Below are positions 27,001-42,000 of a stretch of DNA of 64,000 nucleotides, piece by piece (position 1 is the stretch's first letter; each line of letters opens with the position of its first letter). Location of the stretch: positions 132,766 through 196,765 of the forward strand of contig JAUCBJ010007300.1 of NCBI GenBank assembly GCA_032718475.1. The letters are read 5' to 3'. The notes under the pieces are model-generated. The model worked only from the letters and a program-made list of their open reading frames with translations. It was not told the origin of the DNA and made no database searches. Origin of the DNA: Nemertoderma westbladi (taxonomy: Eukaryota > Animalia > Xenacoelomorpha). The translations under genes were made by a program, and so were the position numbers.

Positions 27001-30000
27001 AACACCCGTATCAGTATCGTCTGATACAATTTCTCTTTTTTCGTTTGGTACTCTGTATTAATGTACAAAGAAAGGAAGAAAGTTTTTTTTTGTCTTAAGT
27101 TCTTTTATATTTCTATACAGATTGATTACTAAAATAAACAATAAACATATAGAACACTACTGTAATAATGCAGTATTAGTTACTAAGGCTATTATCACAG
27201 TAGGATTTTTTAAAACATATAGAACACCACTGTAATAATGCAGTATTAGTTACCAAGGTTATTATCACAGTAGGATTTTTTATATTTATTACAGTTACTA
27301 TAAATTTTATTTGTTCAGTATAGATGGCAGCTATATCGGGGAAGCCCATTTACATTAGTTGCCTCACAAATATCCAGAAATAGTTAATGAGTAGGTATCC
27401 AAAAGTGAGCTGCTGGAAGTCACGTACCTCAAAATCTAAAAATATTTTCATTTCAGAGACTTTTGAAGAAACCCTATTAGGAAAACAGCTGTTTTTCCTT
27501 GGGGGGAGAACATCATCTATATGACGAATTCCATCTCCTGAAGACTGAAAACTTGTCTGTAAGACTTTGTAAGGTCCTCGAAAAACAATCAGCTTTATGT
27601 CAATGCGATGATTAACTTTTATTTTCAAACTTTTCTTTACCAGATTCAGTGGAAGGCTTAATACCGGTATTATTTCTATTATTTCCACGAGCTCCCAGCT
27701 TCAGTTTAATTCTATCTTTTTGAGATTTACGCGATTCTTCTCTAATCTCGTTTGTATTACTGGTCTCACCGAGATTTCTCATCTTTAATTTAGAAAAGGC
27801 TACTGCGGCCACACGATCTCCAAATTTTGGAATATATGTAGATAACACACTGTCATCCATTAGTATCTCGATCGCTTCATCGATATCCTCTTCAAGTAGT
27901 TTTTCAGTTAACATTAAATCCATACCTCGAACTTCATGAAGAAATTTAACCAAATCATAACAATACTGACAGGGTGCTAATTAACATATAATCCATATGA
28001 TATAAAGTACCAGGTACCTAGGTATATACCTAGGTATCGGTACCTGTAATGATGGTATATACAGTATACCAGGTCTCTATTACTATGGTAGACCTGCCAC
28101 TGCTGCCAGTGCATTGGACTGTTGGAAGGCCTACTCATGTACATGCACCATACCAGAATTCAATATCGGGGCGTACTCAGTATCATTACCTACCTATTGC
28201 CTATTGGAATCCATACAGTTGGGCTAGTTGGCACGGAATCAATCTGGTACTGGTATATTCCGGTACATATCAGTGACTCAGCTAGTGAAAGTGACTACTG
28301 GCCATTGGCAAGTCAGCCTGTACACCACCCCAGTCCCACTTAATACTTAATTTGAATTTCTTTCCCTGAGATAGTATCTCCGGGCTGGACTTTGAATAAA
28401 AAAGGGAAACCCATGTCCCTTTAGGGGCTCCGTACAGAAGGCATTAAAGTCTTTATTTCACATTTACTTACTTTATCCTATTATTTAGGCTGCTGGAGAA
28501 CCCAATACCAGATTGCCTATGGATAATATTGATATTGATTTGAGTCGGCAGAAGGCTGGAAAAGTTGGTGCTTCACAGAGAGTCATGCATCCTAACAGTA
28601 TGAGTGGAGAAGCAAAAATTAACCTTCCAAGTTTCGATGACTTAGGTGAGTTAGGTGGCTTAACACAGCACCCCTAAGAGGTATATATACAATGTACTGA
28701 GTGTACCTCGCAATATTAAGTTATTCATAATGAGTGTTAAAAAGTTTGAGTTAAATATTTATTATTTTAACAATTCTGAGATCCATGTGTGATTCGATGC
28801 AAAATTGTAATATCAATTCACATAGGTTTGACCGAACATTTTAGATTTTATTCTACCTGATTTTAAATGGATTCCATTTTATGGCCTTGTTCAGTATTGT
28901 GTACATGCTACATGACTTCAACCAACCACTATTAGTCTGTAATGGCCTCTTCGCACCCAGGATGAGATTGTCCAGTTCCACATAATATAAATTATGATCC
29001 CCAACCTGCCAACCTATTTTCAATGGATCCTATTATTACTATTTTTTAGTAAAGGTAAGAAATATAACTTATTCATCATTTATCGGCCTCCATAATGGTT
29101 CATAGTAATAATATAAGAAAAAAAGTTCAGTATGCAGAAAAGGAAATGCTCTTACAGAAAAGTGATTACTATTTTTTATTGCTTTCAGGAATTGAGATGT
29201 CTCCTAAATCTTCAATCGATATACAAGTTTATGTTCTTCCCAAAAATCCATTTTTCCATATGAATGGCAGCAGCAAACTGTTTAATCAAACCACAGCCTC
29301 TATATCTGTTAACTTTGTTGGCCCCGAAGGTAAGAAGTAATTTTACTCAATAAAGTTTTACGATTTAAAATAGCACTTTAAATCTCAATGGGAGGAAATA
29401 CAGTAGTATCACAGAAATACATATTATTACATTATTTTACTTTTTTATTTTTATTATATTACATTATTACAAATTACTAGAAAGCCAGGAAGCTGGCTTT
29501 AAACGAACCTGCCCCTCTAACCAGTACCCTGAGGGAGCGAAAATGAAAATACGAAAATTGCCATCAACTCAACGATAGAAACACCAGCTGCTGGTACTCA
29601 TGAGGGCCTAGTAAGCTACTACTATTGATTGAATGGATAGGCCCAAACTGCAGAGAAGTTTTTAATTACTTGCCAAGTGTATTACTCTCTCACTCTATCC
29701 CAGACAAGTAATCAAATATCAACTGTTGTTTGTAATGCATTATCCTGCCAGCTGAATAGCTCTTCCGAGTGAATCCTATGGGAATATCTATAAGGTTACT
29801 CACTGCTATGTTAGGTGGGAGGCCAGCTGATTGAATTGTAAGTACTGGGTAGTACACTTGTTTTATAGGTTGTTGATAATGAATGAGGAGGGACCAAACT
29901 ACACTACGTTTGTCTATGGACGGTCTCTCCTTATAGCCAGCTTGCTGGCTTTTCTAGTTGAATCATATTATTCTTCAACCAATAATTTACTCTTTTAGAT

Positions 30001-33000
30001 GAATTTGTGCGTTTTTTTTGCCGGACTAACAAATTTTGGCGATGTTCTGTGCGAGATTGGCGATATTATGAGGCTCAAATATGTTGCTCAAATGACTGAA
30101 TAGCTCAAATAAAAAAGTTGGTGCATACTCGATGAGTTGAAATCGGTGAAATTCAACTTTAAATTTTCAAAACCGCTATTTTCAGTGACCCCGTGATCGA
30201 AATGCCACAAAAATATACAGTCTTGTGTGCAACTAAAATTCATGTAGAGTTTTATATTAAGATTTTTGCGTACCTGCTTGAGTTTTTGATATATTGGATG
30301 GTTATACACACATACACACATAACCACATCGTGTTTTTGAACGGCTCAACTCTTGACAAGAACCACCCTGGCCTATTAATAGGTAGGTTCGTTATTATAA
30401 ATTACAGAATAGAATGTAGTGTTAAACTGCCTGGTATAGTTGATATCACATAGTGAGTGGGGTAAAAAAATGGTTGCTAAATGATGTGTATTAAAAAAAA
30501 CTAACTCTCTTGAATGTATTTTCACTTTTTATATTATAGGAAATGAGCAGTTTGCATTGAAATTATTTCGTACCAAAACAATATACTTTTTTATTTCCTT
30601 GCTTATTTATTTCCACTTTACCAATTGGAGCCCATTTCTTTGAGAAGGGTTCCCCATTATTGTGGATATCAGATGTTACCTCATGTACCTCGTTAATGAG
30701 TAGTTCTGCAGTTAGCATTCCGTAGTCAGACAGAACGAACAGACGGTAATATCTTACAAGAATCATCTTAATACTGGGGAGAGATGAGAGAAATGCGGAA
30801 CCCATACAGGGGGAGATCGACGAAGCTACGGACAATAAACCAAGGAAACAATAATGAAACATGTTTGACGCTCTATCGGGAAATTATTTGCCTTGTGACA
30901 TTAAAGGCGCTGTTTGATTTACATGAAAATTATAAATAATACGATATATATAAAATATACGTTCTGAGGAACAAAACATTTTAACATTATAAAAGCAATA
31001 ATTAAAACCACTTCTATCAAGAAGAAGTAATCATCAATAAGCTTAGCTTATTTAGAAGGTTTAGTAGCTTATATCACTTAACGAGGCTCTTGAAGCAAGT
31101 CATTTGCTCAAGCATCGAACATACTGCTTGAATGATATTGTAATAAGTTGTTCAGAAATGGAAAAAATTAGAAATCATGTCACCTTGGGTTGAACCAGCG
31201 CTATACCAACGTTTCAGCCTTTCAGGCCTCTTCAGTAGCGCTAATAGGTTCAGCCACTCTCCCCTGACATTCACCTTTCTATTTATTCCACTTCTACTGA
31301 ACAGGCAGTCTTTAGACGGCTTGTTCAGTAAACTGCAACTTCTTAGTTGTATCATTCGTAGTTCTTTAGACTGCAACTAAAGACTGCCTGTTCAGTAGAA
31401 ATTGAATAAATAGAAAGGGAGTGTCAGGGGAGGGTGGCTGAACCTATTAGTTAGCTCCACGCTCAGGACTCAGAGGTCACACCCATAAATTGTTTAATCA
31501 GTATTCTAGGCTACAGGTATGTAAAGGTTCTTTTTCCAACGCGAAACGTGAAATGTTGTGTCTATATGGAATTATTTACCAGAATACATTGTTAATGCCA
31601 GAACACTAGAATGTTTTACAACTAATTTACGTAACTTCATTATATTAACATGGTGCAATTTTAACCGATTTATGTAAATATTCTGTATATAAAAGTTCCT
31701 TATTTTAATTTTGTTTTAGCTGCGCACTTAACATTTATTTTATCTTATCATTTTATAGATTTCCTCTAAATTTAATTTTATTTAATCTGTAATTAATTTG
31801 AATTATAATTTAATCAAATTGTTATAAGTGCTTCTAAGCCTAGGTGGTCTTCTCCCTCATTTACTGAGTTACCTTGATAGTATATTATATGGAATTTATT
31901 ACCATATATTTTATTTAGTGCTTTGTGCATCTTTTAATTTCTTGCGAGTGTAATAATAAATAAATAAATATTAGCGCTACTGAAGAGGCCTGATGGGCCA
32001 AAACGTACGTATAGCGCTGGTTCAACCCCCAGTGACGCGCATTCTCATTTTTTCCATTTCTGAACAACTTATTACAATATCATACTGCTTGAAAACCATC
32101 AGACACAATTGCAACAATGTTATCGAACCGCATTGTGACATGGTATGCTGACTACTACACCATAGAGGATCGTTTATTGGGAGATACGGGTTCGATCTCG
32201 GCTGGTGGTGAATTCATTATTTCCTCTACATTTGCTATGAGAGTTGGATTATCCTAAGTCCTGTTTAAATTACTTAATAATTTATACAATATATGGATGT
32301 CAAAACATATAAGCAATAAATAATAATAATTAATAATTTTTAATAATAATAATTAATAATATTTATGCTATAGGCGATGCTATTTCCATTAATCGAGCGA
32401 ACCAAATAATTGATATACACATTCCTCGAGAGGACAAGGATAAGATTAATCGTACCTTGTTCACTCCTGAGATTCCAAAAGGGAAAGATCATCAGTTCTA
32501 TATGTCTAAGTAAGTATATAGGCTATTACAATTGATATGTCTAAATGGCTTAATGTTTTGTATAATGTTACTTATTTACTATGTCTATATGATTGCATAA
32601 TTTAGTATGGTTAAATTTGATTGGCAAGACCCCTAATTAAAACTATGTATTTGTTATCAGTGTTACAATGCAAGGAGACGCGTCCATTACTGTGGAGGTG
32701 TTTCCAGAAGACATTATTTCTAGCGAATATTATTCGGTGTATTTGAGACACAGTGATGAACCAACTTTAACACAATACGACCACAAGATAGTTCTCCCAC
32801 GAACTCTCAGCAATATTGGTAATATAAATAATAGATTGTTTCAACTTGTCTTTTACATTCACTGTTCACATTTCATTGATATATCATAATATAAAATACC
32901 GTATTATTTTATCTGAGTATTTTGCCGTTGCCTGTTTAAATTAGGGTGGGATAAAATGACCATACCCATCCAACCAACATTTTTAATTCAATAATATAGC

Positions 33001-36000
33001 TAAATTCGATGCAGTTTATACCTACCCAAAGTATCTGCATGCCTTTATTCATTAATCGTACTTGAACCATCTGTCATTCAAATAGAATACCGGTACATAT
33101 TATTATTGCACTTAATCGGATTCTGTATTTGTACTAACATATATACAATATAATCGGGACCATTGTTCTTGAGAAGCCGGTGAAGGAAATTTATTGACCT
33201 AATTTAATTTGATTTAAAACTTGAAGGTTGATGGATTTCACGTGCCTGTGGCACATTAAGCTCCTAAAACGGGTTAGTATCTCTAAAGGTTCCTTTTTGG
33301 TTTCTTTTTGCCTTATTGTTTTGGTTTCTGGCTGTGAATACTGTCATGAAAATATTCCCCACTAGTACACGGTCCTTCAACTATAACCTTCGTGAGGTTA
33401 TATTGTTTAACTTTATTTCATGAGACCAATTTGAATATACACTGGAAAGTAAAGGCATAAATTATATAGGCTTATACAGTACGCACTATGTATTGTATTT
33501 ATATATAAACGTTAATATTATATTATTTATAGTATTACCATTGTAATATATCTTAGTTCTTCACAAATATCATATCATAATAAAATATATATTCCTAGAG
33601 AAATCGAGGCATTCTGGGGAATTCTATCCGGATGTTTATACGGCATTCTTCGACAACCGAATTTTAATGGACAGTGGAATATATTATGTTGGACTGAGAC
33701 CGCGGCATCGCAATCGACGGAAGTTCTACAGTAATGAGTCATTTATTGAGGATAAGGTAGAAAGATATAGTTAATCGATTTATTGAGGATAACTTTATTA
33801 ATATATACTTTATATAATTTTCAATGGGATATAAGGATATAAGGAGACTGGGCATATATAATATTGTTAATTAATTGGTTCGTGGTCTTATCAATAATAA
33901 ATATTTAAACTGATTTCGTTTTTGCAGAATATTTTTTAGAGAATATAATTAATTTACAGGTTTTTATGAGTAACATATCCTACGCTGTCTACACAACAAG
34001 CTGCCAGTCATACGATGATGACGCATTGGTTAACTCATGGATTAGTGATGGATGTGTAGTAAGTATATTAATAAACATGAGAGATATTTATTTGAGGGTA
34101 ATATTATGATAATGTTACCACAGAAACCTTTCGGTAATTTATTATGGTGTTATATAGTAACCGATATTGCTGAAGGTATGTGCTGTTTTTCATGAATCAA
34201 ATAAAATACAGTATACCAGTAACTAAACTATACTAGTATACAGATAAATTTCACATTAAATCTGACCTTGATTAGAGTAAAATATCCTGTATGTGAATAT
34301 ACTATAAATAGGAACATACGGTAGTCGAATACACGACACTATTATTAAAAATGCGGACTTTATTGAATCTAGTCTCACCCAAAAATATAGCCTCTCAGCC
34401 AAAAATGTAGGTAAATGTTTATGCTTTAGGTAGGCTCTCACACAAACATGGATGTAGCTGAATGTCTCTGCACGCATCTGTCTACGTTCACTGCTGCTCT
34501 GTTTCCACTTCCACCCCCAATCAACTTTGAGAGTCTCAACTTTGACTTTGAGGTGATGTATCCCCTCTACATCCTTATATTCTCGATATTCTGGATCTAT
34601 GCAATGGTGTTGCTTTGGGCAAGGCGGAAAGATAAAAGTGATGGAGAAATGGTTCGAATTTCTTATGCAAATAATATTTAATTGCGTTACATTTTATATC
34701 TCCAGTATATAATCAGTTTATAATATTATATTGTATTGTTTTTCTTAAAATGTCATTTCTTTTGTGCTCTTTAAATGAAGTTCATGGTTTCTGATTGCTG
34801 TTTAAATTACAGTAGGATAAAACGTCTAAAGAAATACATAGGAATTACTTGTATCTGTATCTGTACAGGAGGCTTAACACCTAACTCAAAATCTATACTA
34901 ACTTCGTAATCTATCTATAAGATAAAAAGTTGTTACCAACTTTTAAAATAAGAAAAATATCTCTACTAACTTTTAAAATAAAAAAAAGTCGCTATTAATG
35001 CTATAGTTAGTTGCCGTGTTATGGCGCTAACGGCATTCCATAGAAATGGGAAAGGCTTCGGAAGAAAAAATCCCGATAGATATTGGGTTGCCGGGTATAT
35101 GTTGGAGACAATGCGAGGGTAAACTGGGAGAGCAGAACTGCAACACTCTTTAGGAAACAAGCCCTGACCGAGTAGAGCGGATATGGGGTATCATCCTCTA
35201 GACGAGGGAGAAGGAAATATAAGTGAACAGCAGTTTTTGGGAGGAAAAAGCCAATTTAATTTAATAAGACAATTACTTATTATATGGAAGACTAAAATGA
35301 TTTGTTATTTTTCTAATATTTTAGGTCTACTGCAGTGGTTATAAAAGAAATGATGCAGATATCTCTGTTTTATGTTTGAGGTTGCGTTCTATGTTTGTGC
35401 AAAACAGAATGGTCTATCAGCAGACTGGAATGATGTGCAATGACTATTATTGCATTGTTATGTTTTAGGTTGGTCTTTGTCCTCTGCTTGATAACGACCC
35501 CAATGACAACTATTATTACGAAGTCGCAGTCCAAACTGGTATGAAGTTCAACGCTGGAACGAAGTCTCACGTATTCTGCCAATTCTTCGGACACAATTCG
35601 CAATCCGAGATACATTTATTACGGGATCCAAAACGCAGTACTTTTGGTATTAACCAACTCAATCATTTCCTATTGGCTACCAAACAGTTAGTATGGGATA
35701 CTCTAACGTGGAATAAGTTCAAGAACTTGCTTAATGCTTGAGTTTTTATCTTATTGTTCATTCGTGAGTCTTTCTTGGACTGTCATTAATCATATTTAGG
35801 AATCTCCTCACTAAAACATTGTTCTAAAAGTTGTATAATTATCTGAAAACAGTGTTACATATGAAAGTATAGCCCCTCCGGACAAAAGTCACCCCGGACA
35901 GTAGCCCCCAGACAGTGTTTACACCATTGTATTTTCTATTGTGTCAATTGTTTTGAAAAGCACCGTGGTCCCCATGCAGGGAGGGATCAAACCCACGACT

Positions 36001-39000
36001 TCCATAGAGACGTGAATCATCTACGCCATGGTGTGGAATTTGGATTCTATACATTTATTTTAATATATTATTTATATTTATATTTACTATTACTATTATT
36101 ATTATTTTAAATTCATATTATTAATTTTAGATCTCTCGGTGCAATTAAATTCTTACACATTTGGCACGATAATTCTGGCGAGGGACGCCATCGAAGCTGG
36201 TATCTCCAATTTGTGTCGATTAAAGATATTCAGACGGAAGATAAGTTTGTTTTTATTTGCGATAGTTGGTTAGCATACGACAGAGGGGATGGGGAGGTAT
36301 GTAATACGTAATAATTACTCTACGAATGACTAAGTATTGTTTATGTAATACTTCATCCATGGGGGGGGGGGGGGGGGGGGTGGGTGTTGAGTTCCCCTGA
36401 GTAAAAGCCCCCACCCTCCCATGACCACGAGGTGATGAGATGAGTTAAAGGCTCCTCTGACTCCTGACGATATTGTTTAGAATAGACTAAGCTATACTCA
36501 CTGTATGTCCAAGTTTGCATGACCTGGTAGAAGTAGTAAGCTAAACAGATATACTACATATAAAGCTATACTTTCAGTTTCTTGCCTTATTGATACAACA
36601 ACTGCACAGGTACCAGATGTTCCATACACATTAGCGGGTACAGCGGGTTTTACCCGCAGTCCTAAAGGTTGTCTTAAACATTATACTACACTGCTGAGTA
36701 GTGGTCCACTGATTCCAAATATTATAACCTCCCCCAAATTCCTGTAACATCTTCTACTTCTTCTACATCCATCTACTTCAGAGACCATGTCATCTATTCC
36801 TTGGACAAGGTCTACCATTACCTTCTAGCATCCGAAATGATAAATACAGTACAAATATATCCAAGGATTGTGTTTCAGATTGAGCGCTACATAAATGCGG
36901 CGAGTACCGCATCGCGGAGAGGTTTCGATAACCTATTCGGAGAGCAATCTAGAGAAATGTTTGCAGATGACCACATCTATGTCTCTGTGTTTATGCGACC
37001 ACCAAGCAGTCCATTTACCAGGGTTCAGGTACGTACAAAATCTAGGTATTCTAATTTTATAGCGGCACACTATCGCGACCTTTTTGTTCTATTCACGCTT
37101 ATTTTAATGTGAACTGAATATTTTTTAATATAATACTGGCATCAACCAGGGTAATCAACGAAATGAAAAAATAATATTTCTTTCTAATTACGTAACCTTG
37201 TCAATGTCTGACAGAGGTTGTGCAAATTTCGAAGATCGTTTGATTAGCCCCGATATATGTTTTAGGTTTAATGTACATCAAGTATAAATGCGTCACATAA
37301 TGTACCAAATTTATAAAATTGCTGTTGAAATGGACTTAATAGTCATTTAATACGGTGGTGCATTGAATAAATGGAATAGAGAGATATAAAACTTACAAAA
37401 CGTACGAAAAAAACTGCTGAGTGAAAATGGTTTTTTGAAATTTTTTTGGTCTGATTCATGTTTTGCACTGAATGTTCCATCGAATGAAAAAAACTACATT
37501 AAATATTGTGGAAAGGTGAAAATAAGTGTAAGTGTCTGTCATCTGTAATACTGCCCTATTGGCCTGAGAAGCAATATCTGAGGCAAAAGGCTCGTGACAA
37601 ACTTAATTTTTTTATTTTTATTAAGTATACATTTATTTTTTTAGCGGTTGACTTGTTGTTTAGCATTTGTTTGCTTGGAGTTTGGAGTCGCTTGCGCGTA
37701 TTATACGACGACTTTAGCCGGCCAAGGCTCCGTAAATCGAATCTTACTTGGACCGATACCAATTCCCGTGCAACAGGTTGGACGAACAGCTAGAATTATA
37801 TATTATTAGACTTCCTTACCACTTTTGGAATATTTGCACAACAACTAGACGATTGATTGTACGTGGCAGGACAGGACATTTAAATATTTAGATATTTAGT
37901 GGTTGTTATTGTTACTTTTTCAATTGGTATGGATATGCTTTATTAATATCCAGTGTGGTCATGATTACAGTAGGGGATTAGTAGTCCTACTAACTGGACT
38001 ATCATTTGAATCAATGAGTCAACTTCATAACTATTTAACTAAATATTTGATTTATTCGATTTTAATTATACATCAAGAGATGACAAGGCAAAAAGTTATT
38101 TGTTATTACTGCAATGCGTTAATATATTTCACAAAATTGTTTTTTCACCTTCCCTTATTTCTTTTTCAACTTTTTTGCTCGCTTTCAAAGCTACCGCTCC
38201 CGCCGAAAAATCAGATATTTATATCTTTAGAAAAAAGTTCCACCTTTGCTCCTTAAAGGCGCCTTTGAGGATTAAAATCATTTTTGTTCCGTTATAATAA
38301 ATATTAAATTTAAAATTATTAACATACTTAATAATAGTATAATATAGTACACTTCCGTAATTGTCATGTTTCCACTGTATAATTATATATTTTATTTATA
38401 GTTTGGTATCGGGTTGATGTCAGCTATAATGGTATTTCCTCTCACTACTATTATAATTGTTCTCTTTCGATACTCAAGAGCGAAACTAAGCAATGAGAAG
38501 AAAGATCCAAAGAAGGCTAACTATCAATTATTTCCTGTAAGTTGGCCTACGCTTAGCTATGTAGGGTAGGCCTACCGAGGTCAATAAATACATAGTCTGG
38601 AAACTAATAGTTAGTGGTGGTCTATCTGTATCCAGTGTGTACCGGTAACGGGCCTGACTCATATGATGTGTCCTATGGACGTTAATGTAATGTCAACCAC
38701 CTTATAAGCCGAATAAATTCACCAGACCTATAAAGTTATACATTATATAGCTCCGGTTCTACCTACGGAGTTACATTTCCATATATTTCCACTATTTACC
38801 CCATGTCTCCATATTTGTATATAATTTATTATAAAAAATGTTGGCCTATTTTGTGTAAGGTATTGTATAGGTATTGTGTAAGGTAATTGTATTCACCCAT
38901 TTCTAGGCCATGGCCGCTATTCAACAAATATATAGTTAAATTTTTAACATTAAGGGGGGGGGGGGGGGGGGCCTCCTTGGGTAAAATTTTCACATTTTTG

Positions 39001-42000
39001 GTTTTTTATTTCATCTGATGCAGAATTTAATGGGGAGTTCAAATCTTGAAACAGTTTGGCGAGATCTTTTTTAGTTCTCGAGTTATCGCTGTTTTTACGT
39101 CTATCCCTTTGTCCGTCAAAATTTAGAAGACAGACAGACAGACATGCTGTCAGACAGACATATTAGATGCCACCAAACATTAAAACCACCATCAGAAATG
39201 AAATCACCGACCCCGAAAACCCCTATATTGATAATTTTAGTGAGTTGGTATGAAGCCATAGTGTCAAACATTACTGACCGATTAACAGACTACAGACAGT
39301 CAGGTTTGAGCGGGAACGTTCAAATTTTAAAGCAAATTATCTCGGAATTACATTTCACGATATTTCCATTTTTTAAAATACTACTCCTCCGCCGTTTTTC
39401 ACCCAAATTCGATAATTTATGGCTCGTTTGAAAGGTTTTTGAACATCTTGAAAAATTATCCAGCACTTTTTCGAAAAAAATATTTTTTTTAATATTATTG
39501 AAAATTTTCATTAATTTTATTAATTTTAATTAATAAATTTAATTAATTTACTTAAAAATTTATAATTTAAAAAATCGGCTGGATAATTTTTGTAGAAACG
39601 ATGGTGCTGAGTCCAAAAAAGTTGGTTTAAAAAAAATTCGATAAATATTAAGGGACTAGTAGTGTTTTTAGTGAAATATTTAATTCCGCCACTCGCCGCT
39701 AGAGGGATACAAAAAAATTTAAAATTTCAATTTTTGTTGCTCTTTGGCCTTCCCCACGTTGGCTGAACACAATATAACAATGATATTGACCTAAAAAACG
39801 AGGTTTGAGCTGTTTAAAGAAAAACTCTCCTGAGGGGGTACCCCCCCCCCCCCCCCCCTTAAACTGAAACTTAATCTTTGTTTTTCAGAGTTATGATGAA
39901 AAGAAGCAGAACATGAGAAAGAAAAGGAAAGGATTTTCGCTTCCACATTGGTGCTCCTATATCGCATGGGTTCTGTCTATCTTGGCTGTACTAATTGGCC
40001 TATTTCTTCTGCTATTCTATGCCGCAAGTTTTGCAGGTAGACGTGGCAATTAATGAAGACAAATAATATAATTAATTATTTTGACTGTAATTGATGCTCC
40101 ATTTAACTTCTGCATTTAGTGTCCCCTAAATTTTATTATTAGTATAATTATCAGGTTAAATTATTATGAAGATCATAAGTTTAGATATATTTTATAAGGT
40201 TATTGCGAGAATCTTCCAGTACCTAGGATCATGGATAGTGAGTAGCAAAAAGGACATAGAAGTTAGGAAAGCAAAGGCTTGGGTAGCTCTATCAAAAATG
40301 GATACCATCTGGAAATCAGATCTCTCCAGGCACCTGAAGACTAAGTTCTTTCGAGCCTCAGTGGAAAGTGTATTTCTATATGGGGATGAGACCTGGACAC
40401 TGACTAACTCACTTGAACAACGAATTAATGGTTGCTACACAAGACTACTAAGGACAGCTGTAAACATCAGCTGGAGACAACACATGACAAATCCAAGCTT
40501 TATGGTACAATACCACCTGTATCAACCACCCTCCGTGAACTCAGATTAAGATTCAGTGGGCACTGCTGGCGAAGTAAAGGCGAGGTCATACCAGATCTAC
40601 TTTTCTGGCAACCAACTTATGGAAATCGTAGTCGCGGACAACTGGCCATAACATATATAGATCAACTTGAAAGGGATACTGAACTTGGGAGAAACGAAAT
40701 TGCGACAACTGGAGAATCGGGAAGCCTGGAAGGATCTAATTTCCACTGTCCGAGTTCGCTCGACCTATTAGTAGTAGTATTGCGAGAATCTAAGATATTC
40801 CCTTAAAACCTTCAGAGGAGTTGGTAAAAATTCAGTTGACTATAGAGCAGATTAAAATGTTGAATGCCCTACGGGTCCTGGTACAATATCCCCTGGACAT
40901 CCCCATGAAATCTGTGTGCGCAACTTTTGCTTAATTTGTTCTTCAATTTTGGCTAACTCGAGGGTAGGTTCCTTGTAAATAATAGAGTGCTCATTTTAAA
41001 AGCAAATTAGTGTTTTCGGTAGTGTCCAGAGGTGAGGGGGACTGAAGGGGGCAATAAAAATTAATTCTCCCTCCCCCCTTGCCTTGTAGTGTCACAAGTT
41101 CACAACTACATCAATAGTAATGATATGTATCTTGCTGTTTTCTAATGGGCTTATAAAGTACAATACTAGTAGTGGTGCCTTATTAATCAATAAAATGCAC
41201 GACTAATAACTTACAGTATAATCGAGTAAGGTCAGTCGATTTCTAAGTAATGAATTGAATTGCACTCAATAAAATCAATTAAGTGATTTTATTTTCATGT
41301 TTGGATGAATGTAGTCTGTCTGTTAATACATTTGACAGACAGACAGATATTGAGTCCGGCAGATAAACAGAAAATACCGCCAAACATGAAAACTCACATC
41401 AGAAATGAAATCCCTCAATAGGAAAACCTCCAATATCGAAATTGTTAGCGTTTTGTTTCATTATTGTTAGTCTACGTTTATTAACAAACATTCTTACAGA
41501 CAGTTTTCAGCGGGAAGGTTCAAAATACAATATTTTGTCTAACTACAGTACTGTGTAGTTTTTTCGATTTGTCGGAGGCAAAATATATCTAGAGCTTAAA
41601 TCAAATATACCATTAGAAAGCTTGAAAAATTTTCTACAAAAAGAGATGTATTCCAAAAATTTGAATTTTGGGACATGTGTCCTTTCTACTGCAACCGCCA
41701 CATTTTTCATATATCTTTATATTTAATACTTATTGCAAAAAAGACGCAAGATGGCGATGGTTAATACGGAAGATTACCGACCAACATTAACAACCAAGTT
41801 TACCAACCAACTTTACTACCGGCCAACTTTTACCGAAAAACTTTCCCAACCAACTTTACCGACTAACTTTACTGACCAACCTTACCGACTAACATGAACA
41901 TCCAACTTTACCAACCAACTTTACCGACTAACTTTACTGACCAACCTTACCGACTAACATGAACATCCAACTTTACCAACCAACTTTACCGACTAACTTT

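Larger units (their letters stand above)
18392..28434. mobile_element. IS3EU-like DNA transposon (TAC..GTA ends, 6-bp TSD), degenerate, hosting a CACTA element
   Basis: TSD cagaag at 18386-18391 and 28435-28440; about 65-bp imperfect TIR tac(t/g)gag..ccctaaaggg..atgggtt.ccctttttt..aagtcca.cc..gagatactatc. Confidence 0.78.
31133..32082. mobile_element. Palindromic Penelope-like non-autonomous element with inverted hammerhead-bearing arms
   Basis: TSD tactgcttgaa at 31122-31132 and 32083-32093; long inverted arms; hammerhead core in each arm. Confidence 0.75.

Noticed and set aside
32140-32215. tRNA gene (GGTTCGATC B-box)
   Set aside because: No cloverleaf; at most a SINE remnant.
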